A DNA stretch of 64,000 nucleotides from Chthoniobacterales bacterium (GCA_015655545.1 JAATET010000132.1:13773-77772); one strand, 5' to 3'. Shown: positions 27,263 to 36,776, counted from the first letter of the stretch. Notes: generated from the letters alone by a model not told the origin. Numbers and translations are program-made.

Positions 27263-28105
27263 TCAAGGCGCAGCTTTCGGAAAACTGCCCAGCACTTTTA
27301 CGGCGCGGCAGCGGCGCGAGAGCTCGCGCAGCACTTCGTTGAAAGCTTCCTGCCGCGAATGGCCATCCACCTCGACGAAGAAAAATACATCCTCGCTCCC
27401 CTTCGAAGCGGGGCGGCTCGCGAGATGATTCAAATTCAACTCCGCATCCCGGAACGGCTCGAGCGCATCGACGAGAGCGCCCGGTTTATCCTCGACGCGC
27501 AGCAGCAGCGTGGTCCGGTCACTGCCGGTGATGGCGGTCGCCGTGCGCGCCATCACAAAATAGCGGGAGTTGTTTTTTCCATCCACACCGGGTGAACCGT
27601 CGGGCGTGGAGAGAATCTCCGCGCAAAGGGTGAGATCGGTCGTGGCCAATGCGTCGAGCGTCTGATTCACCGCCCCATGGCTCGCGTCCTCGATCGGCAC
27701 CACGCCGCAATCGCCTTCCCCGCGTCCGACCGCCGTGAACAACTCGGTGACGTCCGGGAAAAACGCATAATTCACGCTCGAGCCGAAACGCGCGCGGGCC
27801 GCTTGGTGACAGGGGCCGCCCTCCGGTCCGTGGCAGGCAATGACGACATCCTTTTCCAGCGCGAGCGCCGCCGACATGATCTCGCGGTAGATCGCGCGAA
27901 TGGCATTCGGCGAAAGCGGGCCTTCGTTCTTCTCCATGAGCCCGCGCAGGAGCGACATTTCGCGGTCCGGCGCGTAGATGGGAAGCCCGTCGCGGCTTTT
28001 GATTTTGCCGACATCGAGCGCGAGCTTCGCGCGGTCGTTCAGCAGCTTGAGCAGCTGCGTGTCGATGGCGTCGATCTTTTCCCGGATCGTGGAAAGTTCG
28101 CTCAT
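27263..28105 (-). CDS. Chorismate mutase fused to an internally shortened prephenate-dehydratase-like domain and an ACT domain
   Basis: 280 aa. CM_2 helix bundle 'IREKIDAIDTQLLKLLNDRAKLALDVGKIK'. PDT N-lobe 'VVIACHGPEGGPCHQAA...GVVPIEDASHGAVNQTLDAL'. The sequence then jumps straight to 'NNSRYFVMAR' (TRF motif position). ACT 'LLLRVEDKPGALVDALEPF...LNHLASRP...FFFVEVDGH'. Confidence 0.7.
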   Translation of the reverse strand: MSELSTIREKIDAIDTQLLKLLNDRAKLALDVGKIKSRDGLPIYAPDREMSLLRGLMEKNEGPLSPNAIRAIYREIMSAALALEKDVVIACHGPEGGPCHQAARARFGSSVNYAFFPDVTELFTAVGRGEGDCGVVPIEDASHGAVNQTLDALATTDLTLCAEILSTPDGSPGVDGKNNSRYFVMARTATAITGSDRTTLLLRVEDKPGALVDALEPFRDAELNLNHLASRPASKGSEDVFFFVEVDGHSRQEAFNEVLRELSRRCRAVKVLGSFPKAAP

Positions 28106-28902
28106 GGCCGCGGCTCCTCTCCGGCTCCCGCCGCCTCGGCGGGAGGCTCTTCTTCGCCGGCGATTTCGGCAACGGGGTCAGCTTCCGGAAGAATCTCAGC
28201 GGAAGCAGGCTCGCCCGGTTGCTCCTGCTCCGCTGGCGGTTGCTCCCCGGCCTTCGGTTCCGCGCTGGCGGCGAGAGCGGCGGCGGCTTTGCGCAGCTCG
28301 GCGGCGTTGGGAAGCTCTTCGAGATTACGGAGGCCGAAATGCTCCATGAAATGGCTCGTCGTTTCGTAAAGCAGCGGACGCCCGGGGACGTCGGCGCGGC
28401 CCGCGATGCGGATGAGCTGCCGGTCGAGCAGGGTCTGCATCACTCCATCGACCGCGACGCCGCGCACGGCTTCGAGATCGGCGCGCGTGGCTGGCTGGCG
28501 GTAGGCGATGATCGCGAGCGTCTCGAGCGCGGGAGCACTCATTCGCGCGGGCTTGGCTTCGGGGAAAAGCTGGCGCAGCCACGGCGCGAACGGCGGCGCG
28601 CTGACGAGCTGCCAGCCGGCGACGGTCTCACGAATCTCGAAGGCATGTCCGGCCGCGGCATAGTCCGCCATGAGCGCGTCGATGGCTTCGATGATGTCGG
28701 CTTCCCTGGTCTTCGCAAATGCGGCCGGCACGGGATCTTCCTTCGCGGCTTCGGCGGCGCCGCGCAGGGCGGCGGAGATTTCCTTCGCGGAAATCGGTTT
28801 TTGCGACGCGAAGACCAGCGCCTCGACGATGTGTTTGAGGGCCGGGCCTTGCGGAGTCTCCAGGGGCTCGGGTGCGTCTTCGGAAATAGGTAAATCGCTC
28901 AC
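28102..28902 (-). CDS. scpB: Segregation and condensation protein B
   Basis: Winged-helix pair 'IVEALVFASQKPISAKEI' and 'LETLAIIAYRQPATRADLEAVRGV...GRADVPGRPLLYETT'. Acidic Pro/Glu-rich tail. GTG start in a GTGA overlap with scpA. Confidence 0.85.
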   Translation of the reverse strand: MSDLPISEDAPEPLETPQGPALKHIVEALVFASQKPISAKEISAALRGAAEAAKEDPVPAAFAKTREADIIEAIDALMADYAAAGHAFEIRETVAGWQLVSAPPFAPWLRQLFPEAKPARMSAPALETLAIIAYRQPATRADLEAVRGVAVDGVMQTLLDRQLIRIAGRADVPGRPLLYETTSHFMEHFGLRNLEELPNAAELRKAAAALAASAEPKAGEQPPAEQEQPGEPASAEILPEADPVAEIAGEEEPPAEAAGAGEEPRP

Positions 28903-29672
28903 GTTTCGATGCCGGTGGCCGGCGTAAAGTAGGGAGTGGCGCCTTCGGCCTGTTCGATCCAGATTTCTCCGAAGTCCAGGTCCTGCCGCACGCGCAGCTG
29001 CTTCATACGAATCAACTCCAGCATGGCCAGGAATGTCACGACAATCTCGGTGCGCGACGCGCGCTCGGGAAACATTTCCTCAAACTTGAGCGACACGCCG
29101 GAGCCGATGATGCGCAGCACGTGGTCGATCTTGTCGGCGACGGTGAAATTCTCCTCGAAGATCTCGCGCAAGTCCTCCTGCGGCACGGTGCGGCGCTTGA
29201 GGATGTTTTGAAACGCGCGGATGAGGTCGAAAATGCCGACTTCCTCGACGAGGAGATTCGCGGTGTCGGGCGCGAGTTCCGGCGCGGCAGGCACGCGGGC
29301 AAAGAGATTTTCCTGCTCGGCTTCCCGGTCGCGCAGGTGGCTCGCGGCTTCCTTGAATTTTTTGTATTCGATGAGCTGCCGGATGAGCTCCCAGCGCGGA
29401 TCGTCCTCGTCGGCATCCTCCTCGGCCATCTGCTGATCCACGGGCAGCAGCATGCGGCTCTTGATATAGAGCAGGTTCGCGGCCATCACGATAAACTCGC
29501 CGGCGAGGTCGATGTTCAGCATCTGGAAGGCCTCGAGATACGCGAGGTATTGCTTCGTGATGCGCTCGATCGAGATGTCGTAGATGTCCACCTCATCGCG
29601 CTTGATGAGATACAGCAGCAGATCGAGCGGACCTTCGAAGACGTCCAGCTTGACTTTATATTCGCCCTCCAT
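28899..29672 (-). CDS. scpA: Segregation and condensation protein A (kleisin)
   Basis: 257 aa. 'KLDVFEGPLDLLLYLIKRDEVDIYDISIERITKQYLAYL' is the canonical ScpA N-terminus. Confidence 0.85.
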   Translation of the reverse strand: MEGEYKVKLDVFEGPLDLLLYLIKRDEVDIYDISIERITKQYLAYLEAFQMLNIDLAGEFIVMAANLLYIKSRMLLPVDQQMAEEDADEDDPRWELIRQLIEYKKFKEAASHLRDREAEQENLFARVPAAPELAPDTANLLVEEVGIFDLIRAFQNILKRRTVPQEDLREIFEENFTVADKIDHVLRIIGSGVSLKFEEMFPERASRTEIVVTFLAMLELIRMKQLRVRQDLDFGEIWIEQAEGATPYFTPATGIET

Positions 29673-29719
29673 GCGCGGCTAAATCGCGAAAATCCCCGTT
29701 GGCACAACCATGCCGCCGT

Positions 29720-30073
29720 CTAGCGTCGCGCGTAGCCTCGCTTGCGGCTCTCGGTGGCGAGCTGCGTCTTGTGCTTTTTCGTCGAGACGAGCTTCGTCTT
29801 CCGCTTCCGGAGCTGCTGCGCGAGCTTGCCCACGACTTTGTCGATCGCGACGTAGAGATCGGTCTCGGCGTCCTCGGCATGAATGTCGGGCCCTGGCACG
29901 GCGAGATGCACCTTCACCACGTGGCGCTTCGTCTTCGTCTCGTCGTGAAGCAGCACGACATGCGCGGCGAGGATGTTTCCGGTGATCGATTCGAGATGTT
30001 CGATCTTTTCCGCCACATACGAATGGATGGCGGCGGTCAGAACGAGATGCCGGGGGCTGAGGTGAATTTGCAT
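29720..30073 (-). CDS. hpf: Ribosome hibernation promoting factor / RaiA family (short form)
   Basis: 117 aa starting from the ATG at 30071-30073: 'MQIHLSPRHLVLTAAIHSYVAEKIEHLE...VHLAVPGPDIHAEDAETDLYVAIDKVVGKL'. The track ORF to 30445 is over-extended. Confidence 0.85.
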   Translation of the reverse strand: MQIHLSPRHLVLTAAIHSYVAEKIEHLESITGNILAAHVVLLHDETKTKRHVVKVHLAVPGPDIHAEDAETDLYVAIDKVVGKLAQQLRKRKTKLVSTKKHKTQLATESRKRGYARR

Positions 30074-30135
30074 AGGGATAAGTTGAACCTCCCATGGATC
30101 GCGCGCTAGGAAAATGACGGCTCCCTCGTAATTGG

Positions 30136-30888
30136 CTATCGGGGCAAAATCGCGAGAAAATTGCGCACCCGGCCCATTTCCGAGAGATAAAACGGCCTCG
30201 ATACCGTCGCCACCCAGAGCGCGGTGGACGAGCCGCCATCGAGATTGAGCGCCTGTTTGATGGGGAAATCGGGAAAAATGGCGCGGTTGCCCAGGATCGC
30301 GGCGGTTTCCGCCAGGGTCGCGTAAGAAAAAATCATCAGCGCCCATTTTTCCCGGCCATCCGTGGCCACGACCGTTCGCCGGGCGGCTCTCGCGGCGTTC
30401 AACCCGGCGACGGCCATGCCGTCCTCCACGAGAAATGGCCCGCATTGCAGGGCTTCGGTGTCGGTTTTCGCGGGAGTGTATCGGCCCGGGCGAACGATGC
30501 GGGGAACGCCTTTCGTCACCGCGAAGATGCCGCTGAGGAGCTTCGCTTTTTCAAATCCGTGAATCTTCGCCCCGCCCGCGATCTCCAGGCCGACCGGCGT
30601 CTGGTCCGCCTTGAAATATGCGCCGTTCGTTCCCGCCAGCGCGCCGCCGGCGGTCATCGCTTCGCCAAGTGAGAGGCCGGCGGCATTGTCGATCACCGCA
30701 AACCGCGCCTGCTTCGCGGTGAAAAAAACACCCTGCACTAGCACCGCGCTCCCGTCCAGCTGCGCCTCCCGTTCCACGAACTCCGCGCCACCCGGCAGCA
30801 CAGCCACCGTGTTGCGGAACGAAAGCGTCCACTCCGCCCGCGCTCCGGAAATCAGCCCCAGAAAGATCGCCGCCAGAGCCCGCCTCAT
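30136..30888 (-). CDS. Secreted phosphodiester glycosidase family protein (DUF2233/NAGPA-like)
   Basis: Signal peptide 'AAIFLGLISGARA'. 'GTNGAYF' and 'ALNLDGGSSTAL' motifs. Confidence 0.7.
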   Translation of the reverse strand: MRRALAAIFLGLISGARAEWTLSFRNTVAVLPGGAEFVEREAQLDGSAVLVQGVFFTAKQARFAVIDNAAGLSLGEAMTAGGALAGTNGAYFKADQTPVGLEIAGGAKIHGFEKAKLLSGIFAVTKGVPRIVRPGRYTPAKTDTEALQCGPFLVEDGMAVAGLNAARAARRTVVATDGREKWALMIFSYATLAETAAILGNRAIFPDFPIKQALNLDGGSSTALWVATVSRPFYLSEMGRVRNFLAILPR

Positions 30889-31289
30889 GATCGTGAAAGA
30901 ATGATCCGTCCCTCCGCCACGGCTTCTTCCCCTACGGTCGCGCGCACGTCGAAGCTCAGCAGGCCGCCCATGCCGCCGGTCTTCGCCGCCGCGAGCTCGA
31001 TCCGCTCGCCCGGCCGCACGGCGCGGTGAAATTTCATCACCCGCACCGCCGAGAGCAAAAATCGGGCGCCGTTTTCCGCCGCCCCGGCGATTCCCGCGAC
31101 CTGCGCCAGCGCCTCGGTGAGGATCACGCCCGGCACGATCGGCTCGCCGGGAAAATGCCCGGCAAAAAACGCCTCGTCGCCCGCGAACGTCTTCACCCCG
31201 CGCGCCGACGCGCCGTTTTCCAGATCCAGCACTTCATCGACAAAAATAAACGGCTCCCGGTGCGGAAGTCCGAGCGAAATGGGGTCCAT
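30885..31289 (-). CDS. FabZ/FabA-like hotdog-fold 3-hydroxyacyl-ACP dehydratase
   Basis: 134 aa with 'LPHREPFIFVDEV' and 'FFAGHFPGEPIVPGVILTEALAQ'. Confidence 0.75.
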   Translation of the reverse strand: MDPISLGLPHREPFIFVDEVLDLENGASARGVKTFAGDEAFFAGHFPGEPIVPGVILTEALAQVAGIAGAAENGARFLLSAVRVMKFHRAVRPGERIELAAAKTGGMGGLLSFDVRATVGEEAVAEGRIILSRS

Positions 31290-31380
31290 GGGTTGATCGC
31301 GTGAACCCCTCTGCTAGCGAGTCCGCATCCATAAACCAATCGCCTTTTGCTTCCGCGTTGGAATAGCATTTCCGTCCACG

Positions 31381-34062
31381 ATGGACGCCGAACGAGCCCG
31401 GATGCAGGAGCGCGACACCGCCAAGGCGGACTGGGCGAAATGGGGTCCGTATCTCAGCGAACGCCAATGGGGAACCGTGCGCGAAGACTACTCCGCCGAC
31501 GGCGACGCGTGGAATTATTTCCCGCACGCACAGGCCCGCTCCCGCGCCTACCGCTGGGGCGAGGACGGCCTGCTCGGCGTCTGCGACAAAGAGGGGCGCA
31601 TCTGCTTCGCGCCCGCGTTCTTGAACGGAAAAGACGCGATCTTAAAAGAGCGGCTTTTCGGCCTGACCAATGGCCAGGGCAATCACGGCGAAGACGTCAA
31701 GGAGGCCTACTTCTACCTCGACAATACGCCGACGCACTCGTGGATGCAGGCGCTCTACAAATACCCGCAGGCCGCGTTCCCCTACGAGCGGCTTGCCGCC
31801 GAAAATGCCCGCCGATCGCGCGACGAACCGGAGTTCGAACTGGGCGATACCGGCATCTTCGACGAGTCGCGCTACTTCGACGTTTTCATCGAATACGCGA
31901 AGGCCGGCCCCGACGACCTTTGCATCCGCATCCGCGCCATCAATCGCGGCCCCGACGCCGCCGATCTCACCGTTCTTCCCACGCTTTGGTTTCGCAATAC
32001 CTGGTCCTGGGATACCGACGCCCCTCCTCCTCCCGAGCTCCGCGCGGAAGCTCACCACGCCATCCACGCCCGGCTCGAAACCGGCGCGGAATACACGCTT
32101 TCCTGCGACACCACCCACGATTGGCTCTTCACCGGCAACGACACGAACTCCCATCTGCTCTTCGGCTCGGAAAACAAGACCCCCTACGTCAAAGACGCTT
32201 TCCACCGCTGCGTCGTCGATGGCGATCTCGACGCCGTCAATCCGTCCCGTCGCGGCACGAAGGCCGCCGCCGTCCTGCATCGCACGCTCCAGCCCGGCGA
32301 GGAATGGTCGATCGGCCTGCGCCTCGCCGCCGGCACCTCGGCGCAGCCGAACCAGAACCCGCAGCCCACCGCGGGAGCGGACTTCGACCTTGTTTTTGCG
32401 GAACGCAAAATCGAAGCCGACGCCTTCTACGCGGCATTCGCCCCCGAGGCGCCCGCCGAGTGGCTCATGATCAAGCGCCAGGCGCTCGCCGGCCTGCTGT
32501 GGACGAAGCAGTTTTATTTCTTCAATGTCCACCGCTGGCTGAAGGGCGACCCCACGCAGCCGCCTCCGCCACCGCATCGGGCAAACGACCGGAACGCGTT
32601 CTGGATGACGACCTACGCGTTCGACATCATCTCGATGCCCGACAAATGGGAATATCCCTACTTCTGCGCGTGGGATCTCGACTTCCAAAGCGTCGCCTTC
32701 GCGCCCTTCGATCCTGCGTTCGCCAAGAATCAATTCAACGTCCTGCGCCAGGAAAACTACGTCTCCGCCAGCGCGCAGACGCCGGCCTACGAATGGAATT
32801 TCTCCGACGCGAATCCGCCCATCGGCGCATGGGCCGCATGGCGCATCTACTCGATCGACCGCGCCCGCGGCGGCCGGGGCGACATCCCATTTCTGAAACA
32901 GGCCTTCTTCCGCCTGCTCCTCGCCTACGGCTGGTGGGCCAACCGCACCGACTCCTCCGGCGACAACATCTTCGCGGGCGGCTTCCTCGGCCTCGACAAC
33001 ATCGGCGTCTTCGACCGCCGCTACCCGCTCCCCGACGGCAGCGTGATCGAGCAAAGCGACGGCACGAGCTGGATGGCCGCCTATTCATTGAACATGCTGC
33101 GCATCGCCGTCGAGCTCGCGCAGCACGACGACGCCTACATCCCCGCCGCCGATAAATTCCTCGTCGATTTCATCCACCTCGCATGGGTGGCGAACACCGT
33201 CGGCCCCAACGGCATCTCGCTCTGGGACCACGCCGACGGCTTTTACTACGACGTCCTGCGCCGGCCCGACGGCACCAGCGATTTTCTCAAGCTCCGCTCG
33301 CTCACCGGCATCACGCCGCTCCTTGCGGTCGAGACGCTCGACGAGGAATTGATCGAGCGCTGCGATTTTCTCCAGCGGCGGCTCGATTGGATTCGCATCC
33401 ATCGCCCGCAATTTTTTCAATCCCTCGATCACCTCGACTTCAGCTTCGCCCGCGGCAAAAAACTTCTATCCCTCGTCCCCGAAGACCGGCTCCGCCGAGT
33501 CCTCAAGCGCCTGTTCGACGAAAACGAATTCCTCTCGCCCCACGGCCTGCGCTCGCTCTCGAAGGCCTACGCCAGCGAACCTTACGTTTTCGACGAAGGC
33601 ACCGAGCACGCCAGCGTCGGCTACAGCCCCGGCGACTCGCCCGTCGCGATGTTCGGCGGGAACTCGAACTGGCGCGGCCCCGTCTGGATGCCGATGAATT
33701 TCCTGATCATCGAGTCGCTGCAAAAATTCCACTTCTACTTCGGCGACGATTTCACGGTGGAATTTCCCACCGGCTCCGGCAATCGACTGAATCTCTGGGA
33801 AGCCAGCCTGGAGCTCCAGCGGCGTCTCATCAGCCTTTTCTGCAAAGGCGAAAATGGCCTGCGCCCCTGCTTCGGCGACGACCCGCGCCATGCCGGCGAC
33901 CCGCATTGGCAGGGGCTCGCGCAGTTCTTCGAATACTTCCACGGCGACACCGGCCGCGGCCTCGGCGCCAGCCACCAGACCGGCTGGACCGCGCTGGTCG
34001 CAAAAATGGTGCAGCAGGTGAATACGTTCGCCCCGACGGACGATCGTTCAGGCATTCTCTGA
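31381..34062 (+). CDS. Cytoplasmic GH63-like glucosidase (MGH1-like six-hairpin glycoside hydrolase)
   Basis: 893 aa with no signal peptide. 'WGPYLSERQWGTVREDYS...AWNYFPH..ARSRAYRWGEDG' is the N-terminus typical of the bacterial ~890-aa GH63-related glucosidases. Family call is from memory of that pattern. Confidence 0.7.
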   Translation: MDAERARMQERDTAKADWAKWGPYLSERQWGTVREDYSADGDAWNYFPHAQARSRAYRWGEDGLLGVCDKEGRICFAPAFLNGKDAILKERLFGLTNGQGNHGEDVKEAYFYLDNTPTHSWMQALYKYPQAAFPYERLAAENARRSRDEPEFELGDTGIFDESRYFDVFIEYAKAGPDDLCIRIRAINRGPDAADLTVLPTLWFRNTWSWDTDAPPPPELRAEAHHAIHARLETGAEYTLSCDTTHDWLFTGNDTNSHLLFGSENKTPYVKDAFHRCVVDGDLDAVNPSRRGTKAAAVLHRTLQPGEEWSIGLRLAAGTSAQPNQNPQPTAGADFDLVFAERKIEADAFYAAFAPEAPAEWLMIKRQALAGLLWTKQFYFFNVHRWLKGDPTQPPPPPHRANDRNAFWMTTYAFDIISMPDKWEYPYFCAWDLDFQSVAFAPFDPAFAKNQFNVLRQENYVSASAQTPAYEWNFSDANPPIGAWAAWRIYSIDRARGGRGDIPFLKQAFFRLLLAYGWWANRTDSSGDNIFAGGFLGLDNIGVFDRRYPLPDGSVIEQSDGTSWMAAYSLNMLRIAVELAQHDDAYIPAADKFLVDFIHLAWVANTVGPNGISLWDHADGFYYDVLRRPDGTSDFLKLRSLTGITPLLAVETLDEELIERCDFLQRRLDWIRIHRPQFFQSLDHLDFSFARGKKLLSLVPEDRLRRVLKRLFDENEFLSPHGLRSLSKAYASEPYVFDEGTEHASVGYSPGDSPVAMFGGNSNWRGPVWMPMNFLIIESLQKFHFYFGDDFTVEFPTGSGNRLNLWEASLELQRRLISLFCKGENGLRPCFGDDPRHAGDPHWQGLAQFFEYFHGDTGRGLGASHQTGWTALVAKMVQQVNTFAPTDDRSGIL

Positions 34063-34325
34063 GCCGCAGACCCGGCGCGGGAACCCCGGCGCGCCGACCG
34101 CCGCGAAAACCATCGGCAGCGTCGGCGCTTTGGCCACGGCCAGCACCCCGAAGAACGCGAAGGCGAGAGCCGGCGGAAGGCAAAGCCAGGTCATCGGGCG
34201 ATAGGAGAGGCTTCGGAGCGCATCACAATTCTTTTACAAAATATTTACGCCGCGCTGACACATCCCCTGCTGCGCGATGCGAGAGTTGGCCCATGAGCGA
34301 TTGTTATCTCGGTCGGGGGGCCGAG

Positions 34326-34363
34326 GCACCCGCCGGCACGCGCATCGGCGTGCCGGCGGGTGC
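34326..34363. promoter_or_regulatory. Perfect 16-bp inverted repeat (GC-rich hairpin or operator) upstream of the kinase/regulator operon
   Basis: The sequence 'gcacccgccggcacgc', then 'gcatcg', then 'gcgtgccggcgggtgc'. The arms are exact reverse complements and end 36 nt before the ATG at 34399. Confidence 0.5.
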
Positions 34364-34398
34364 ATTTCTCCACTGCTCCCAGCCGGCAATCTGCTAGC

Positions 34399-36066
34399 AT
34401 GCGCCGCGTGCGCCGCATCGCCGTGATCTTCCTCGTGGCCGTATTCCTGCCGAGCCTCGTGCTCGGCTTTCTCGCGCTGCGCACCGCCGGCGAGCAGCGG
34501 GTGATCCTCGAGCGCCAGGCCGCCGAGCTTTATCAAAAAGATGCCGGCCAGCTCGCCAGCCGGCTGGCCGACGCCGTTCTCGGACGCCAGCGGGAATTCG
34601 CGGATCGCGTCCGCGTCCTGCTCAGCACCATGAAGCCGCTCCGGCTCGCGGGCGATTTCGGCGCCGCGCTCGGGCCGCATGAACCGGGCACCGCCTTTGT
34701 CGTCGCATCGAACGGTGCCCTCGTCGCCACGCAAGTCCGCACCCGCGAAGACTCGCGTTTTCTCCGCGAAAACGAAGCGTTTCTCAGCAACCGCACGTCG
34801 GCGGAATTATTTCCGACACCGCAGAACCCCGCGAACTACCGCTCCCTTCCGAAACCCCTGGCGGATGCGCGGATTTCCCGCGTCGGGCCGCAGACTTCCC
34901 ATTTCCAGACCGCCACGTCCGGGGCTTCCGACGGTGTGCTCGCGCGTTTTTCGCAGAACGAACTCCTGCTCATCTTGTGGACCCGCCCCCCCGAGGCCGA
35001 CGGCTACGTTTTCGGCCTCGCCCTCCCCGCCAAGACGGTGAGGGCGTTCGTGCGCAAGGCCTTCAACGCCCTCGCCCCTCGCTCACGCAATGCCTGCATC
35101 GCGATTCTGGACGAGAACGAGAATCCGGTGACGATATCGGAGCTGGGTTTCACGGCCGATTGGAAGCGTCCCTTCGTCGCCAGCGAAATCGGCGAGACCC
35201 TTCCGCACTGGCGGGTGGCATTGTATCTCCTCCACCCCGATCAGCTCGTCCGTTCGGCACGGCTCGTCACGCTCACGCTCGTGCTCCTCATCGCCCTCGC
35301 GCTGGCCGCCATCCTCGCCGGCGGCTGCTTCGTCGCGCTCGACGCCCGCCGCCAGCTCGCGCTCGCGCAAAAGAAAACCGACTTCGTCTCGAACGTCTCG
35401 CACGAACTCAAGACGCCGCTCACCTCGATCCGCATGTTTGCCGAGCTGCTCGAGCAGGACCGCGTCGCGGATCCCGAAAAACGCACCCGCTACCTCCGCA
35501 TCATCGCCCTCGAGAGCGAGCGGCTCACACGCTTGATCAACAACGTGCTCGATTTCGCGCGCACCGATAAAAAACATAAGCTGTATCGCAAGGCGGCGAT
35601 CGACCTTCACCCCGTGCTCGAGCGCGTCTGGGAGGCTCACAGCATCCACTTGCGCGAGGCGGGATTCACCTGCGAATGGATCGCGGACGACACTCCCTAT
35701 CCCGCCATGGCAGATGCCGACGCCATCGGCCAGGTGCTCGTGAATTTACTCTCGAACGCCGAGAAATATGCCGGCGAGCGATGCGAGATCTCCCTCCGCG
35801 CGCGGCGGGAAGGCGGATCCATTCACGTCGAGGTTCTCGACCGTGGGATCGGCGTGCCCGAAGGCGACGAACGACGCATTTTCGAAGCTTTTCACCGCTC
35901 GAACGACTCGCTCGCCAGCAACGTGCAGGGCAGCGGCCTCGGCCTCACGCTCGCCCAGCGCATCGCGCGGGATCACGGCGGCAGTTTGGAATATCGAAAA
36001 CGCGACGGCGGCGGCAGCATCTTCACCCTGCGGCTGCCGCTCGCCGGCACGGAGGACAATATATGA
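34399..36066 (+). CDS. Transmembrane sensor histidine kinase
   Basis: I chose the ATG at 34399 (MRRVRRIAVIFLVAVFLPSLVLGFLAL). Second TM 'LVTLTLVLLIALALAAILAGGCFVAL'. H-box 'FVSNVSHELKTPLTSI'. 'GSGLGLTLAQ'. Confidence 0.85.
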   Translation: MRRVRRIAVIFLVAVFLPSLVLGFLALRTAGEQRVILERQAAELYQKDAGQLASRLADAVLGRQREFADRVRVLLSTMKPLRLAGDFGAALGPHEPGTAFVVASNGALVATQVRTREDSRFLRENEAFLSNRTSAELFPTPQNPANYRSLPKPLADARISRVGPQTSHFQTATSGASDGVLARFSQNELLLILWTRPPEADGYVFGLALPAKTVRAFVRKAFNALAPRSRNACIAILDENENPVTISELGFTADWKRPFVASEIGETLPHWRVALYLLHPDQLVRSARLVTLTLVLLIALALAAILAGGCFVALDARRQLALAQKKTDFVSNVSHELKTPLTSIRMFAELLEQDRVADPEKRTRYLRIIALESERLTRLINNVLDFARTDKKHKLYRKAAIDLHPVLERVWEAHSIHLREAGFTCEWIADDTPYPAMADADAIGQVLVNLLSNAEKYAGERCEISLRARREGGSIHVEVLDRGIGVPEGDERRIFEAFHRSNDSLASNVQGSGLGLTLAQRIARDHGGSLEYRKRDGGGSIFTLRLPLAGTEDNI

Positions 36067-36749
36067 AAATTTTGATCGTCGAGGACGACCCCCACATCCG
36101 GCTCGGCGTGGTCGACGCGCTCGAAAGCGAAGGCTACGAGGTGACCGAGTGCTCCGATGGCGCCCAGGCGCTTCCCCTCATCAAGCAGACGACGCCCGAT
36201 CTCGTGATCCTCGACGTCATGCTGCCGCGCAAAAGCGGCTTCGACATTTGCCGGGAATTGCGCGCGGCCAAAAATCCCATCCCCGTGCTCATGCTCACGG
36301 CCAAAGGCGAGGAAATCGACAAGGTCATCGGTCTGGAACTCGGCGCGGACGACTACGTCACGAAACCCTTCGGCCTGCGCGAACTGCTCGCTCGCGTGCA
36401 TGCGCTGCTGCGGCGCTCGGGATCGCGGGACCACGTCGCGGCGCTTCCGGACGAGATCGCGTTCGGAGATGTGAAAATCCGCACCGGCTCGCTCCGCGGC
36501 TTCCTGGGCCAGCGGGAATTCGAGCTGACCCCGCGCGAATTGGCCGTGTTGGCGCTGCTCCACCGCAAGGCTGGCGACGCCGTTTCCCGCGATCTCATTC
36601 TCAACGAAGTTTGGGGCGTCGACTATCTCGGCACCACCCGCACCCTCGACCAGGTCATCGTGAAACTCCGTCAAAAAATCGAGCACGAGCCCGCCGAGCC
36701 ACGCCACCTTCTCACCGTCCATGGGCTGGGCTACCGTCTTGAAATATAA
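36063..36749 (+). CDS. OmpR-family response regulator
   Basis: 'MKILIVEDDPHIR...DLVILDVMLPRKSGFD...DDYVTKPF' plus winged helix 'LTPRELAVLALLHRKAGDAVSRDLILNEVWG...GLGYRL'. ATGA overlap with the kinase. Confidence 0.9.
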   Translation: MKILIVEDDPHIRLGVVDALESEGYEVTECSDGAQALPLIKQTTPDLVILDVMLPRKSGFDICRELRAAKNPIPVLMLTAKGEEIDKVIGLELGADDYVTKPFGLRELLARVHALLRRSGSRDHVAALPDEIAFGDVKIRTGSLRGFLGQREFELTPRELAVLALLHRKAGDAVSRDLILNEVWGVDYLGTTRTLDQVIVKLRQKIEHEPAEPRHLLTVHGLGYRLEI

Positions 36750-36776
36750 AAAATCCCGCGCGCGCGATTTTTTTTG
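36748..36776 (+). terminator. Intrinsic (possibly bidirectional) terminator
   Basis: 'aaaaaatcccgcgcgcgcgatttttttt': a GC stem flanked by an A6 run and a T8 run, starting at the stop codon of the response-regulator gene. Confidence 0.6.

Noticed and set aside
29720-30445. 241-aa ORF as a long-form HPF or separate protein
   Set aside because: The upstream 124 codons are Arg/Gly-rich and overlap the DUF2233 gene in another frame. The HPF/RaiA fold begins at the ATG at 30073 (MQIHLSPRHL...).
34048-34194. 48-codon minus-strand ORF (MTWLCLPPALAFAFFGVLAVAKAPTLPMVFAAVGAPGFPRRVCGSENA) in the long GH63/kinase intergenic region
   Set aside because: Its hydrophobic Ala/Leu/Pro/Gly composition is what random GC-rich frames give. 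There is no Shine-Dalgarno sequence, it overlaps the GH63 3' end, and it is below any length where I can argue for coding. It is worth a Ribo-seq look only.
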